Shown here one piece after another: positions 62,382 through 64,000 of a stretch of 64,000 bases of DNA. The translations under genes and the position numbers were made by a program. Origin of the DNA: Oculina patagonica (lineage: Eukaryota); NCBI RefSeq assembly GCF_052425735.1, contig NC_135763.1:37448001-37512000 (forward strand), given 5' to 3'. How positions within the stretch are numbered: position 1 is the first letter of the stretch; each line of letters opens with the position of its first letter. The notes beneath the pieces are model-generated. The model ran no database searches. It was not told the DNA's origin and worked only from the letters and a program-made list of their open reading frames with translations.

Positions 62382-64000
62382 TCATTTCTTTGGTTCAGCG
62401 TCCTCTTCACTTGTTGGTACTAATTTATAATGTTCTTCACTGTCGTCTTTACCTTCTCTAAACCTTACAAACAAATGAGTGGACAAAAACAGAACCAAAA
62501 CGACAAGTGACGTCAGAGAGTAAATGAAATAAGTCCTGGCAACACCGACCCAGTTGATCAGAAGACCGCTGATCACTATGCCTGAGCCGACTCCGAGTCC
62601 CCAGTGACATCCACCCACAAAACCTGCAGTCAAACAAACATGAAGTTAGGGTCAGTTTACGTGGAAGGAGGGTAACCCTCCTAGAAGGATTACCCTTTTA
62701 GGAGGGTTAACCTCATCTATTGTTTTCCCCGCTTTCGTTAACATGCGAGGTAGGGTTTAAGCCATGTAAAACCTCGAGGTAGGTTTACCCTCCTAGGAGG
62801 GTCAAGTTCAGGACGATCAGATTACTGTCACATTCCCGCTAACTGTAAACATGGCTTCGCACAGTTATAAACCTGGAGAATCATTTCGGAGAACTTTGCT
62901 TGCAAAGCGGCAAATCCAAGCCAGGACGATGCAGAAAGTCAGAACGACAGTCAGTGCAATAGTTTGGCTGCTGGAATAGAATGTTCACGATCTTCTGCTG
63001 ATGTTCAATTAATAGGCGAAAGTCTTGATCAATACGAAGGTTCGGCAGACGGAGCCGTACTTGATCAGCCACGCAGTAAACTGAACAAAACGGAAAAGGA
63101 AAGCGGCTAATCGATCAGAGTTTTCGTCAAAAAAGTCGAAGAAGTGGACATGGGTGCCCGAGGCCGTTGAACTGCTTCAAAAATGTATCAACGAGTACAA
63201 GACACAGTGCGAATTTAACGGCTTCAGGTTTCCGTGGATTTTTTGGTGGAGTTTGCCCTAAGGATAACCCTACATGTAAAGGAGGGCTATCTTTTGACCT
63301 TTCTAGGAGGGTTTCCCTCCCTCCATGTAAGATCGCTGTTCAACTACTCGAACGCCTGAGAACAAGCTAAGATGTTGTCTTTATTTACCATCAATTTCTC
63401 AAAACTAACATTACAAGGAACCTACGGCAATCATGTAAGGAGAGTTAATATTCTGAATATTCACTTACCTTGGGTAGCTGAGTAGAAGCCAACTCGCAAG
63501 GACACAGTAGCACCAAACACCACACAGGCAGACCAGCTTACACCATACAATATTCCCTGGGCACTGAACAGTGCCACACCCAGCCAGGGGTTCAGGACAA
63601 ATGCCAGGCCCATGTACACCGCTCCATATAATGCTAAGCATATAGCTATGGTGCACACTAGTCCGAACTTGTTCATGATGACTCCTGATAAGACATATCC
63701 TAGTAAGGCTATAGTGTAGCGTATACCAGACGCAATGCCTAACATGTAGGGCTCAGCTCCGAGATCATCCAGATACCACAAACCAAAGTACTCGTGTAAG
63801 CCGATAAGGATCCCCAAATAACAAGCCACAATGATGAATATCGCGTTATGAAATTTCAGAAGCTCTTTGACTAATGGCAATAAATTAACATCTGTTGATG
63901 TCTCCTGATCTGGGTAGGTAACTTCCATGAAGGCAACAGTGAATATAGCAAGTGCCATGAATCCAGCAAAAAAATAAAACGAAATGAAATAGTTCTTTAC
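62382..64000 (-). CDS. 3' part of an MFSD6-like major facilitator superfamily transporter
   Basis: Exons >64000-63469 and 62623-62382, joined in phase 1. Many TM helices; WYLDDLGA and SATQG|FVGGCHWGLGVGSG resemble MFSD6 motifs. Confidence 0.8.
62646..63335. mobile_element. MITE in the last intron of the MFS gene
   Basis: ttacgtggaaggagggtaaccctcctagaagg ... cctttctaggagggtttccctccctccatgtaa inverted ends. Confidence 0.6.

Overview
This is eukaryotic, intron-rich, AT-rich DNA. The tRNA-derived SINEs, MITE families, ShKT exon and intronless class A GPCR pair suggest an anthozoan cnidarian, probably a stony coral (inference). Exon structures were rebuilt by hand from splice sites and reading-frame phase. 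Genes in order: last exon of a CFAP107/C1orf158-like gene (+); NUDT8-like Nudix hydrolase (-) with two duplicated alternative last exons; GSTK1 (+, ends in SKL) head-to-head with NUDT8; an unrecognised ~1012-aa type I membrane protein (-); YEATS4/GAS41 (-); two paralogous intronless GPCRs (-), one with an in-frame TGA in its tail; a ~1058-aa signal-peptide fusion of JmjC oxygenase, aldo-keto reductase, ShKT and an 8-bladed PQQ-type beta-propeller (-); head-to-head with it (~710 bp), a ~610-aa signal-peptide protein with tandem 2OG-Fe(II) prolyl-hydroxylase-like domains (+); and the 3' end of an MFSD6-like transporter (-). The strongest candidate for an undescribed system is the divergent pair of secretory oxygenase/reductase genes at 42.2-60.1 kb. 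Introns hold many MITEs, SINEs, a LINE RT fragment and tRNA-Thr-like tandem arrays. Some segments look like unpolished long-read sequence, and there is one N gap.
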